Shown here piece by piece: positions 50,331-62,560 of a DNA stretch of 64,000 nt (the first letter of the stretch is position 1; each line of letters opens with the position of its first letter). Below the pieces are notes generated by a model that ran no database searches, was not told where the DNA came from, and saw only the letters and a program-made list of their open reading frames with translations. The stretch is from Octopus sinensis. Lineage: Eukaryota. The stretch is from NCBI RefSeq assembly GCF_006345805.1, contig NC_042999.1, positions 158,286,001-158,350,000 on the forward strand. The letters are read 5' to 3'. The position numbers and the translations under genes are program-made.

Positions 50331-51138
50331 TTTCCTTTTTGACATATTTTCTTTGTTTACTTTTATATTTTTAATTTCTCTGTCTTTCTTTCCCTTTTTC
50401 TCTATAACATGGTTTTGCAAATGAACAATCCGGTATGTTTATTTTAATGGCCTACCGATGCATACAGTGCATTTCTCTGTCCTAGGTGTCAGGAAAACCC
50501 TGGGAAAGAAAAATGAACAGAAATGAAAGATAATAATAATAGTAATAATAATAATTATAATTATAATTATAATAAGGAAAAGAGCTCCGTGCTGAATAAC
50601 AACATGGATGTGCTACACCGGGCTCCCGTTCAAAAACAAAGGAACCTCTGGAAATCTTGAAGGAAGCGGTTTTCAACGATAATAATAATTTAAAAAAAAA
50701 CAAAATTTTACTGCCATACAAAGCACAGTTTCTCCTACGAACGATGTGTCATTGAAACATGTGCGAAACACACACGCGATATCAACACCGGAAAGTTTAC
50801 AAATTATAAAATAGAAATAGAATAGAATAGTAAGTACATAAATCTGGCAATTACGCACACACGAATGTCTACACAATCATATATAGATTTTGATACCCAT
50901 ATGACTACACATACATATCAATGTTTACACAGCTACGTGAAATTTACAGTACACACACACATATAAAAACAGTGTCACAAGCGAAGCAAGAACAAAAACA
51001 AAACTTTTTTCTCCTTTTCTTTTTTCTTTCTTTCCTTATTTTTTAATTTTCATTTTTCGAACCATTCATAAGTTTAAAAACACCACAAAAAAAAAAAAAA
51101 CTATGCTCGGAGATAAATCTATCAGTATAACAATACAA

Positions 51139-53031
51139 ATCTGTTAGCCTTAACAAGCTACATTACGAGCATTGTTTACATGCAGAGAAATCGGCGACAA
51201 TGTTGTCTCAAAACAATTAACCCTAAACAGACAAAACCGTCCACCACTGTCAATGAACAATGTTAACATGCAGCGAACTCAGTGACGGTCTTGTCTCAAA
51301 AAATTGACCCTAAACAGATAAATACGTCCCCTAATGTCAACGTCGAAGCTCATCATGCCTCAATGATAATAAAGCAAAATACAAACCAGATTAGTTGTCG
51401 ACCGGTTCACAAAGGGCCACGTACTCGATATAGATCTGTTAGCCTTATGAAGCTACGTTACGAGAAATGTTTACATGCAGAGAACTCGGAGACGGTGTTG
51501 TCTCAAAAAATTTACCCTAAACAGACAGATCTGTCCCCTAAAGTCAACATCGAAGCTCGTCATGTCCACTGTTAGCAAAGCAAAATACAAACCGGAATGG
51601 TCATCGACCGTATTACAAAGGACCACGTACTCGAATGTTGAACTAGATTCGTGTAGAAAAATCAGCAACTGGTTCAAATCTTCCCGATAAACAGGAGCTG
51701 GAATTACCCAACAACCGGAATATTCCAACAGATGGCCATCCATGCTCGTCATCAAATAACCAAAAGAAAAAGAAAAAAAAATGTTCTAGGGAAGATAATA
51801 AAGAAGTAGTTCTTACGGCCTTCTACCATGTCATATATTTCCCCACAAATAAATCTAATGCTGTACAAACCTACTTAAACTGGAGACAGAAACACCCTGA
51901 AGTAAGACCTTACATAGACAGTAACAAACTTGTCAACGTCAGAAGAAATATTATGAAAAAAAATTACTGACTGAAGTAGAGATTGACCAAATTAAACACG
52001 CAGTAAGGGATAACAAGAACGAAGCTGTAGCTAAAGAAGATAATACAGAGGAAGTAATTATAAACCAGCCCAGGGCTGATAAAAACGCAGTAAGGTTTGA
52101 AAGAGTTAGTGTAACTGATAGGCAAAGTGAAATACTCTGTGAACCAACCATAAACACCAAGGCAGATGAAAATCAAATAGATGAAGAAGGTCACATAAAT
52201 ATTGACCCAACAGAACTACAAGATCTAAAATATCAAATCATGATTAAATGGCTGAAAATTAAAGAAATCAGTGTGGATGAACGCGAGTGTCTCCCAAAAA
52301 TTCGCAATTCTTAACAAAACCTGAAAATAATTGGTAAAATCCGCCTTGCACTTAAGGATATAATGTCAGCAAATGATGTTGATATCACAGATCTCAAGCA
52401 CCTGTACTATGCCTCCGCGAAAATATCAACGATTCTATGTGGTGAAAAGATTAGAAAACGACAACATTACTACAAAAAGCAATCTTGGAAAGAGCATATT
52501 CAACACCAAATTAAGCTACTTAGATCTGACATAGAATGTTTGAAAACCCTTAAGTTTGACAAGACTACCAAATCTACAAAAACTCGAAAATTAACGAAAA
52601 GTATAATATGAAAACCATACTTGACATTGATGACACCATAGAAACCATCAAGCAAAAGGTATGTGCTAAAGCTACCCGCATAGCAAGGTGTGAAAAACAA
52701 CATATTAAAAAATAACCGCAAATTTTTTTACAGGAAGATAGTGAAAACATCAGTTACTGTAAAGTCTGTACTATCAAAAGAAGTGCAGGGATTTTGGAAT
52801 AAAATTTGGGCAGAAGAAAAAACAATGAAAAAGGCCCCTTGGATTGATAGAATATCTACAGACTTGGACTCCTTAGAGGAGCAAAAGTGGGAAGGTGTCA
52901 AGGTAGAAGATATAAGATCTGGTCTTAGGAGGTCAAACAAATGGAAGTCTCCAGGAAAGGATAAGATTCCTAACTTCTGGTTGAATGCCTTCCCAGAGAG
53001 CCATGAATTGCTAACAAAACTTTACAACAAA
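51139..53031 (+). mobile_element. 5' portion of an R4-like element (repeat-containing leader + N-terminal ORF up to the pre-RT region)
   Basis: KRKRKKCSREDNKEVVLTAFYHV..SNKLVNVRRNIMK, LYYASAK..WKEHIQHQIKLLRSDI, RSNKWKSPGKDKIPNFWLNAF; decayed. Nested tandem repeats at 51139-51634. Confidence 0.75.
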
Positions 53032-53247
53032 TGGGATGAGCAACTCGACCGTAAGAAAATTCTAATTGGGCTCAACCTGCCAGGTCATGCACTGTTTAAC
53101 TTGATATGACGTTCACCATGTTGCGCACATATGTTTGTGATGCATGTGCCTGGTGTGCCCTTATCAAACTGTAGTCATGATGGGTAAACTGGGTTTCGTA
53201 TATTTTACTCCAGTGTCACTTTGATGGCATGCACTGCTCTCTCACTC
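53032..53247 (+). mobile_element. Element D, truncated copy fused to the R4-like ORF
   Basis: Matches ~6285-6490; ends CTCTCTCACTC(AAT)n. Confidence 0.85.
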
Positions 53248-53269
53248 AATAATAACAATAATAATATTA

Positions 53270-54400
53270 ATGATTTCTTTATTGACCACAAAGGGTTTAC
53301 ATTAAGTAAAGAATGGACGGTACAGGATAAAACAAAGAATGTGTATGTGCATGTGTGTGATTGTTTTGTTGTGAGTGTTTTGCGTGTAAAAAGGTTTAAC
53401 ATATTAAAATAAAAAGAAAATTTACGATGTATGATCATCAATAAGGAGAAGACATTCGAGGGATACTCATGGATATATCTCATAAAACCACAGGAGCCTA
53501 GATTTCTGAGGCAAGAGCCTTTTCTCATTTTCTCTTTTCCGATTACGGGCGTCAGCTCAGGGCAGACATGTACTCGCATCATTCTCACCACTCTCATACA
53601 CCTTTCATCAACATGGCTGGATCACAACTCTTCCCTCTCCACTCTTATTTCCCGCCTTCTTTTAACATGGAAGGACAGACTGGCTTTAGATTCCTGATGG
53701 CCATAGCGAAAGTTTCACTTGAAGAAGTTGATCAGGGATTGGCAAAAGAGAAAAGTGTTTGCCTTCAGCCCCTTCAATCTCGTTCAAAATACAACCTCCT
53801 TCGCTATCGCCACCAGGCATATATAGTCAGCCTGTCCTTCCAGGTTAAAAGAAGGTGGCGGAACGATCTTCACGATGGATTCAGTCCCACATCAGATGTT
53901 CGACAAAACCCATAGGTCAGCAATGCTCGGGCACTGTACGAGTGCATGCTGAACGGTTTCGTCGCCCCGCCAACATCTCGGACATGCTCGGCTGACGACC
54001 CTTCCCTACCTGTATAATCTATCTCGGAAAGGAAATGTTCCTTGGTAGCGCTGCCAGACCAGAGACTTTTGGAAGTTATCCATCGGTCCCAGGCCGAAAG
54101 TTCTCCGGAAGAGAGCGGCTAGCTGATCTTCTTCGACACCCATGGTCTACCAGAGAATGTCGTCGCACTTTCCCTCCACTAATATTCCATAGAACGCTAA
54201 AGTGGCATTTCCACCTATCGCAATGTCCAACTGGCTGGGGGCTGTGAGCGTCCTGTCAAAAGCTTTATATTGATCTAAATTGATCGGAGACCCTCCTTGC
54301 CAAGTTCTTTAGCCACTTTCTCTATGATGTATCGCACGAGGTGGATGTTATCATGGATAGATCTTTTCGGGATGGCGCATGTCATCATATGTACGGGATA
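53270..54400 (-). mobile_element. L1/Tx1-like ORF2 remnant (RT piece, C-terminal zinc finger, 3' UTR), internally deleted
   Basis: CAIPKRSIHDNIHLVRYII..(L)DQYKAFD at 54260-54390; ACPRCWRGDETVQHALVQC at ~53930-53990. Confidence 0.8.
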
Positions 54401-54686
54401 CTTTTTGTTTATGGGGAAAATGGAAAAATAAGAGTGAATATTCATTTTATGAGAGTTGTGTATTAAGTCTATAAAATTGTGTGTAAAGTATATGAAGTGT
54501 ATATACAAAGTGCATTAAGTAATCATCGCATTCAAATTTCTTTCACTTTTTCAATGAGTAGCAGATGAGTGGCCATCTTTCCACACAATACACAACACTT
54601 GATACGCTTTCAGGTTTTTGGGGATAAAGTTTTCAGAAATAACCCAATAGGTTTACCATTAACTCCGTGAAACACGGGTCAGCTAG
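54400..54686 (+). mobile_element. Helitron 3' end (third family)
   Basis: Hairpin CCGTG-AAA-CACGG (54665-54677), then GTCAG-CTAG|T; the 5' boundary is approximate. Confidence 0.65.
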
Positions 54687-54699
54687 TACCAATTAACTG

Positions 54700-55845
54700 G
54701 CGCATTTTTGTCTTAGGTCTTTGATGTCAGGTCTGTTAGCATTTATTTGCCAGTCTGTATGCATCCCATAGTCCCATAGGATGCCAGTGGAAGTATTGGC
54801 CAATTCGATCATGCCTGGCTTTATATTCTGTAGGGATTACGTCTGAGCAGCCGGCAACAATGTGGTCAATATTGTCAAGTGTGTTATTTCGGAATCTACT
54901 TTTTTTATCTACTTCATTGCGACATTAGCTTCGTATTTCCGAGTAAGGGGACACTGATCTTGTGCCACCAGGATAAATCCTTCTGTCTCATCTTTCAAAC
55001 CGGATAAATCCTTCTGTCTCGGCTTTCAAACCAACATTCTACAGTCACTGATTGGTTCTTCTCCTATCTACATCAACTTCCCAAGCTCGGCTGGGGCATT
55101 GCTCATGCAATGGTTTTTCTAGCCACAGTCTTGATATTTCCTCCAAGCTTTCTTGTTTTGTTTTTGTTTTTTACACATTTTCGCTGCCTTAGTGGGTGGT
55201 GTGTCATCCCTATAATCATCATACTCAGGCAGGTTAAGCTCTTGTCTGTATTTATATGCCTTCTTTGAGATTGATTACAGTTTCTCACTCTGTTCTTTTT
55301 TCCTTATCAGCTGTATCACCCAGTTGGTGTTACTATGGATGTACACTTCATTGTTGTTTTATAGGACGTTTTAAGCTGGATTAAGTATCTGCCGCCTTCC
55401 TTTCGTGAGAGATAGAGCTTGTGGACGCCTGATTTTGGGTGGTCTATCCTGTTTAGTGTCAGTAGTTTTTTGGTCTATATATCATACGCTGGAGATCACT
55501 CAGATTCCAGTTGATGACATTAAGGCTACTCTGGAAAAACTTGTATCGCCAGGGGGTTTATGGCTACAATTATATTCTCAGAGTTCAGCACAGTATTTAG
55601 GTCCATTCTGATATGTCTGTAATACTCTTTCGTGATTTTCTCTTTCATTGATCCATGTTGAATCTCTTTCCCTTCCTGTATCCCAAGATTACTTATAAAA
55701 GCCTTCGTTGTCCAGGTCCTTGATAGATGTATTATGATCAAGTTGGGTCGTGGTATTAGCTGCCAGTTTTCCACGTCTGAACGTAGCTTTTGTACACTTG
55801 TCAAGGCTAAATTCCGTATTGATGTCATCACTGAATTTTTTCACA
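54700..55845 (-). mobile_element. Old decayed R4-like fragment
   Basis: LGIQEGKEIQHGSMKEKITKEYYR, GLKDETEGFILVAQDQ (31-bp tandem duplication 54972-55032), NIDHIVAGCS. Confidence 0.75.
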
Positions 55846-55855
55846 GTTACTAGTA

Positions 55856-55920
<65 letters not shown>

Positions 55921-57510
55921 TATGTTTGACTTTTGCTTTATATTTGTACAAGTTGGCTCTAAGTCTCACCCAGAGACCTCAAGAGACAACAGGGTTGGAA
56001 GTTCATGTTGTTGTTATGCCTAGTGTGCCATATATTTGGGGGGTGGGGATGTTATACTAATGAATGTCTAAAAAAAAGTTTTTTTTTTTTTTTTTTAAAC
56101 CGAAAATTATGTTTGTTTTAAACCTTGAGATTACATAGAGAGTATTTTGCGTAGGATATGAGCAGTTCCCATGAGCACTATCTTTTGAACTTCGGCCATT
56201 TTTGGGTTTCCTGGTATCTGAGTTAGGTAGCTATCAGCCCCTTTTGCTATCATTCCCAGGGCACCTATGACAACAGGTATTGTTTTAGTCTTCAGCTTCC
56301 ACATTTTGCTGATTTCTATTTCAAGATCTTTATATTTGCTCAGTTTTTGGTAGGTCTTGACAGATACGTTTATATCGATTGGAACAGTCATATCAATGAG
56401 GAGGCATGTTCTTTGTTTGAAGTCTTTCAATATGATGTCTGGCCTATTTGCATCTATCTTCCTGTCAGTTTGAATGGTGAAGTTCCAGAGGAGTGAGATG
56501 TGGTCATTTTCAAGCACTGGGGGTGGTTTGTGTTCCCACCAGTTTTTTTCATGGGGCAAATCCAGGTTTTTACAGATTACCCAGTGAATATATTGTGCAG
56601 CTCTATCGTGCCTGTTGAGATACTCTGTAGGCGCTAGAAGACTGCACTTGGAGACCACATGGTCAATGGTTTCATTTTGTTGCTTGCATACACGACACGT
56701 TGGACTGCTTCTGATCTTTAATATGTTGGCCTGGTAGTTTCTTGTTGGTAGGCATTGATCTTGAGCTGCTATGATAAACCCCTCTGTTTCAGATTTTAAG
56801 CCAGAGGCCATTAGCCATTGATGGGTCAGGGCTTTGTCGATATCTGCATTATTCGCTCTCTTTGGGTATTTGCCATTGTGAGGTTTTTCTTGCCATTTAT
56901 TATTCAGAATATCTAAGGCCGCAGTTTTGGCACGGGTTTTCATGCGCCTAGCTTTTTCTGTGCTTGTTTCTTGTATATCTATCTCTAATTCCGAAATTGG
57001 TTGTATTCGGAATTCACTTAGATATTCCTTTGCCTGTTTTGTGACTGAGTATGATGCTTTCTTGTTTTCATGTTTTGAGACAAGTTTTAACATCCAGTCC
57101 TCAGAGTTTTTCAGGTAGGTGTCTAGGCCAATTGTAGCAATCTTCATTGTTATTGCCAGTTGCAAAAGTCCACGGCCTCCCTCTTTTCTTGGCAGATAGA
57201 GTCGTTCTGTATCTGCCTTAGGGTGGTGCATTCTATGCATTGTCAACAGTTTCCTTATTTTTCTGTCGAGCTGACATATTTCAGTAATTGACCAGTTAAC
57301 AATATTGAAACTGTAAGTCACGACTGGTATAGCTAATGCATTGATCGCTTCGATCCTGTTTCTTGCATTCAGCTCTGTCTTGAGTATTGCTCTCACTCTT
57401 CGATAGCATTCTCTCCTGATCCTTTCCTTCATCTCTGAATGCCTTATTCCGTTCCCTTCAATTACCCCTAGGTACTTGTAGCTCTCCGCTGGGTCTAGTT
57501 CTTTTATGAC
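55921..57510 (-). mobile_element. 5'-truncated R4/Dong-like element, family R4-B, between (AAT)n arrays
   Basis: Open ORF plus 210-bp 3' UTR ending ...GCAAAAGTCAAACATAG(AAT)n; 3' UTR unrelated to R4-A. Confidence 0.93.
56131..57510 (-). CDS. Partial RT thumb + CCHC + REL endonuclease, 460 uninterrupted codons
   Basis: YKYLG, GGRGLLQL, CRVCKQQNETIDHVVSKC, RHD, RPDIIL..LIDM..KLSKYKDL, LMGTAHILRKILSM*. Confidence 0.9.
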   Translation of the reverse strand, partial: VIKELDPAESYKYLGVIEGNGIRHSEMKERIRRECYRRVRAILKTELNARNRIEAINALAIPVVTYSFNIVNWSITEICQLDRKIRKLLTMHRMHHPKADTERLYLPRKEGGRGLLQLAITMKIATIGLDTYLKNSEDWMLKLVSKHENKKASYSVTKQAKEYLSEFRIQPISELEIDIQETSTEKARRMKTRAKTAALDILNNKWQEKPHNGKYPKRANNADIDKALTHQWLMASGLKSETEGFIIAAQDQCLPTRNYQANILKIRSSPTCRVCKQQNETIDHVVSKCSLLAPTEYLNRHDRAAQYIHWVICKNLDLPHEKNWWEHKPPPVLENDHISLLWNFTIQTDRKIDANRPDIILKDFKQRTCLLIDMTVPIDINVSVKTYQKLSKYKDLEIEISKMWKLKTKTIPVVIGALGMIAKGADSYLTQIPGNPKMAEVQKIVLMGTAHILRKILSM

Positions 57511-57571
57511 ATTCTTATTCTTCTTATTCTTCTTCTTATTATTATTGTTATTATTATTATTTTATTATTAT

Positions 57572-57988
57572 TAAGTCGGCGATCTGGCAGAATCATTAGC
57601 ACGCCGGACGAAATACTTAGCGGTATTTCGTCTGCCGCTACGTTCTGAGTTCAAATTCCGCCGAGGTCGACTTTGCCTTTCATCCTTTCGGGGTCGATAA
57701 ATTAAGTACCAGTTACGCACTGGGGACGATATAATCGACTTAATCCGATTGTCTGTCCTTGTTTGTCCCTGTGTTTAGCCCCTTGTGGGCAATAACGAAA
57801 ACAAACGTTAGCATATCGGGCGAAATGCTTATTGATATTTCGTCTGCCACTACTTTCTATGTTCAAGGTCCACTTTTCCTTTTATCCTTTCGGGATTGAT
57901 AAATTAAGAACCAGTCAACTACTGGGGTCGATGTAATCGACTATCCCGCTCCCCTCAAATTCCAGAGCTTGTGCTTATAGTAGAAAGG

Positions 57989-57990
<2 letters not shown>
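57572..57990 (+). mobile_element. SINE family C dimer between (ATT)n arrays
   Basis: Full arm to ~57800; second arm ends AGAAAGG(ATT)n. Confidence 0.85.
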
Positions 57991-58049
<59 letters not shown>

Positions 58050-58109
58050 GATCCACCCCCCCAAAAAAAAATTCCAGGCCTTCTGCCTTTAGAAAAAAGG
58101 ATTATTGCT

Positions 58110-58480
58110 ATTATTATTTTTATACCAATACACTAAAAACAAAGAGTTCAAGGCTAATCAACCAGTCACTGTCATCAAGGAACACTCGGAGAAAGAAATG
58201 TCTCGTAATGGTATCGGTCTCAGGAGGCAATATATTTCTAAAAGAACGGGAGAAATTATCCAACTACTTCTGAAAATAAAGGTAGCACGAATATGGGTTG
58301 TTAAAACTGAAACATTCTCTTTAATAATAGGAACTTGGGGTATGATGAAAATCAAAAAAGAAAATTGATAAATAAAAGTAAACAAGTATAAAACTTATCC
58401 CCATTCTAGTACTTATAAATATATATAACATATTAGAAATGGCATTACTCGGTTCTACATGTTACAGAGAATTTTTAATA
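58110..58480 (+). mobile_element. Very decayed R4-like REL C-terminal fragment
   Basis: KEFKANQPVTVIKEH, KVARIWVVKTETFSLIIGTWGMMK, MALLGS resemble the R4-A C-terminus. Confidence 0.6.
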
Positions 58481-58669
58481 CAGTCAAACCAAAAATTGCT
58501 CCTAAACACGGAGACATTGACTCTTATACTGACATCAAACGGTGCAAACAGATTTTTTGATCTACATATCATGGTTGCATTTGATAACATTTTATCTACT
58601 TTGTATCATAAAACATATTTCGACCTCGGTAACATTAGTTTTAAAGTATGGTTGAAGACAAAGCAATTT

Positions 58670-58800
58670 TGAAGGTAGGGAATAAGTCGATTAAATTGTC
58701 GACGCAATTTGAACTTAAAACGAAATGCCACTGACGAAATGTCACTTAGCATTTTGCCCGGCATGCTAACGATTCTGCCAGCTCGCAGACTTCGACCTCG
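58670..58800 (-). mobile_element. SINE family C fragment
   Basis: GCTAACGATTCTGCCAGCTCGC on the + strand. Confidence 0.6.
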
Positions 58801-60544
58801 GTAATATTACTGAAACGAGTGCTATTAAGAGAATGAGTAAGAGATAATTTAGTAATTTAGGAGTAATAACATTTAATAATATCAAATTGAAAACTTTTTG
58901 AGTTATATTATTATTAAGTAATTGAAATCAATAAGTGACTGCAAGAATATTGTCTCTGAGTGTAAGATTTATCTTAGAGGGTAAATCACATAAAATAACA
59001 TTGCTTAATATTCTAAATTCAATTCATTCTGGATTTAAGTAAAGCGGGAGGATGAATATGAATGCTCGCTTCGCGCTCATTGAAAGTAAAATAGTGTTTC
59101 TTGGGAATTTGTGTACACTCATTTCTTAATCAAATTTGTGGTAATCCTCTAGTTTTGAACGTTAATATTATTTTTCTTATACATGCTGGAAGCAGAATAA
59201 ATAATAAAACCGTTGTAGTAGGTTTGACTACTATGTATAGATTTCTCAGATTGCACTTATATATGCATAGAGGTCTTATTTCGTTATATTTTCTGTTAGT
59301 TTGACTTGAACGAGTAATAATTTATTCTGTGCTTGATATACATTTTTATTTGCGGATATTTTTGTTACGAAATTTGAAATAAAAAAAGAAATCAGTATTA
59401 CAAACAGAGTATACAAGATATATTTCGTTTTTTTTCTTACACTATCCAGTTTGTTTCTGTTATCAAAACAGTATCTAGAGAAATGCATATGGTTTTAAAA
59501 TAAATGTTTTACTGTTACAAAAAAGCACAATAAAACAACTTAACAACGTAAGCACAAGCGGCCATCAAGAACAAGCAATCCTATCCATTTCGAAACAATG
59601 CACATTAATAACCGTTTATACATAATTTATTTCTTTATTATCATTTCCATATAAAGCGGTTATTTGGTAGCACGTTTCATGTCTTGTCATCGGTTTTTAC
59701 ATTTTTCTGACAATTCTAGAGTTATTGAGTATGTTTGCTTCGGATTTCATATCTAATATAATCTATGCATTTATTGCTAGTATTTTTCTTCTATTTAACA
59801 CCAATATTAATATTCTTTGGCATTTTTTTCTAAATAGTTTTTCCATCTCTTTCTTTTACTGATCTTGTCAAATGCTAGTATTCCCAAGCAATTTTGCCTT
59901 CTATGTCCTTCGTTACTTCACCATCAGATAACAGAATACCATTTGCTAACATTAACTTTCTCCTCATCATTGTATACGTGTCACACTTTTTTTCTTTATC
60001 TAGATTTCTATTCTCGTGGTCTAACTAAATAAAGGAGAAATTCAAGATGTTGCATGAACAAAAGTTGGTTTCAAATTCAAATTTCTTCCAGCCATACCCA
60101 ACTCCTCTCTTCCGCGGTAATAACCTTAACTGTATTATGCACAATATAAACAAGGGCAGTATTTCTAACTTCGTGAATCAATTCTCCAATGTTGGCATAG
60201 TAATTCTGATGAGTAAGCTATCGTATCGAATATTTTTTTTAAGGATTTTGCTCACACAATTGTTGTATTGATACATCTCCATTTCGAATATTATTTTATC
60301 AGTCCTCAATCGACCGTATAAGCCTTCGGTGTTTTAATATCAGCCTTTGCACTTATAGAAGGTATTTTTTCTGTTCCTCAGCAAAGGAAAACATTGGGTG
60401 AACATTTCGGACAGTTATTTCACGATATTACACGAATACTATCAGCTGCATTTTCTTCTGCCGAGTTTTTCTGAACCTTATCATTATTCCTCCACCGCAC
60501 CAAATACCTGGCATGGAACAAAATTTGGTATCATCATTATTTTT

Positions 60545-60690
60545 ATTACTGACTTCAAATGCCGCCGGGGTCGACTTCGCCTTTCGTCCTTTCGGGGTCG
60601 ATAAATTAAGTACCAGTTACGCACTGGGGTCGATGTAATAAACTTAATTCCTTCCCCAAAATTTGAGGCCTTGTTCCTATAATAGAAAGG

Positions 60691-60746
<56 letters not shown>

Positions 60747-61145
60747 GGCGGTGAGCTGTCAGAAACTTAGCACGCCGGGCGAAATGCGTATCAGTATTTC
60801 GTCTGCCACTACGTTCTGAGTTCAAATTCCGCCGAGGTCGACTTAGCCTTTTATACTTTCGGGGTCGATTAAATAAGTACCAGTTACGCATTGGTCTCGA
60901 TATAATCGACTTAATCCGTTTGTCTGTCCTTGTTTGTTCCCTCTGTGTTTATCCCCTTGTGGGTAGTAAAGAAATAGGTATTTCGTCTGCCGTTACGTTC
61001 TGAGTTCAAATTCCTCCGAGGTCGACTTCGTCTTTCATTCTTTCGGGGTCGATAAATTAAGCACCAGTTGCGTACTGGGGTCTATCTAATCGACTGGCCC
61101 CTTCCCCCAAATTTCAGTCCTTGCACCTATAGTAGAAAGGGTTGT
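60545..61145 (+). mobile_element. Truncated SINE C arm (60545-60690), (ATT)n, then a SINE C dimer (60744-61145)
   Basis: Head-to-tail stacking through (ATT)n tails. Confidence 0.88.
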
Positions 61146-61169
61146 TATTATTATTATTATTATTATTAC

Positions 61170-62125
61170 TGGTGTTGCCCTCCCTGTAAGTTATAGGTTT
61201 TAAGACTCTTGTTTTTATTGCTCAATTCGTGTTGTAAGGTAGCGGCCCTCCTAGGGAGCTAGTTTTTGTTTAAAAAAGCCCCCTTTGCGGGTGGTGGTGC
61301 TAAATCCCCAATTAATACACCAATTTCTTCGAAAATTATATCAAAAGTAATGGCGACAGAGCGAGGGAGTGAGGACGGGAAGTTGAAGAGCCAGCTCAAT
61401 GAAGACTTCCCAGCTCCCAAGAAGAAAAGAAGAAAGAGGAGATGAAAGAAGAAAAGAAAGAAGAGAAAAATTATGGCAAAATAGAGATTTCTTCGCATGC
61501 AAGCGAAGCAGGTCGAAGCGGGTTCGCTTCTGCGTGTAACCGCTTGGAAAATATCGAATTAGATAATGAATTTTTTGGAGAAAGCGAAGGATCTCTTGAA
61601 GAAGGAGAGGAGAATTATCACCCTAGACACTTCCATTGAAATCGAACAAGAGACCCTGAAGAGGACAATAACATACAAAGTAATGAGTCTAAAAACAAAA
61701 AAAAAAGGTGGAGAGGGCAACCGAATACGAATAGAAAAATTTCTTCGCCCTATTTGGCATAATAAGACTTATGTTAGCAGGTAGAGGCATTTTGGGACCG
61801 TAGAAATGAGGTTCCAAAACGAAGAAAAGGTGAGGAAATATCCAGTCACCTCTCTTCGCAGTGAGGAACAGTTCCCCGCCCCAGCGTACCTTAGAAGAAG
61901 AGCAGTATGGATTAAGGTGGTCGACGTCCCGGTCGAAATCGAAATAGAATATATAGCAGCAGCCTTCCTGAATGAACTAGAGGATAGGACAAATATCTTT
62001 TAGGCATACAAGTTGAGGAAACAAAATTGGATAGGAGCGGTGATGATGCTCCTCTGCCAAATTGAAGAGGAACAGATAGAAAATATCCCCGACTCTATCA
62101 TCCTGAGAGGAGGAAAGAGCCTGCA
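61170..62125 (+). pseudogene. Second decayed L1/Tx1-like ORF1 remnant (5' UTR + N-terminal part)
   Basis: ATG 61350 MATERGSED..PKKKRRK; MNFLEKAKDLL..KRTITYK; EMRFQNEEKVRKY..AVWIKVVDVPVEIE; NWIGAVMMLLCQ..IPDSIIL. Similar layout to 3111-3660. Confidence 0.6.
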
Positions 62126-62560
62126 TGATCGTTTCTCTTTTTTTCTCTTATTTTGGATATTCTTTATCCACAGGATTTGTTTGGGTGGTAGTACTCCTGT
62201 TTGGATGGGTTTGAGGGAGTATCCAGCTTCTTTTGTGGCTGCAGTGGCTGCTGCATATGTTATGACATTTAGCTCAGTGAGACTGCCATCTGTTTTGTGG
62301 CTATTATTTCCGTGACGGCCAGGTTTCTGCTATTTATTATCATTATGTTGCTTTTTCTTTTATTATTATTATTATAATTATTATCATCATCATCATCATC
62401 ATCATCATCATTATTATTATTGTTTGAAAAGATATAATGATTCGTCGTGGCTTGTAGGCTTTCTTTGAAATTTATTTTATTATTTGGTATCGGAATTTTT
62501 GCTTGGCGGTTTACTAAATAAGCCAGCTCGCTTTGTTTACAGCGAGTTGGTTTAAAGAAA
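62125..62560 (-). mobile_element. R4-like N-terminal fragment
   Basis: LTELNVITYAAATAATKEAGY..PPKQILWIKNIQNK resembles 52380-52520. Confidence 0.55.

Noticed and set aside
59750-60450. Possible RTE/CR1 RT remnant on minus (LSDGEVTKDIEGKIA)
   Set aside because: No catalytic motif readable; many stops.
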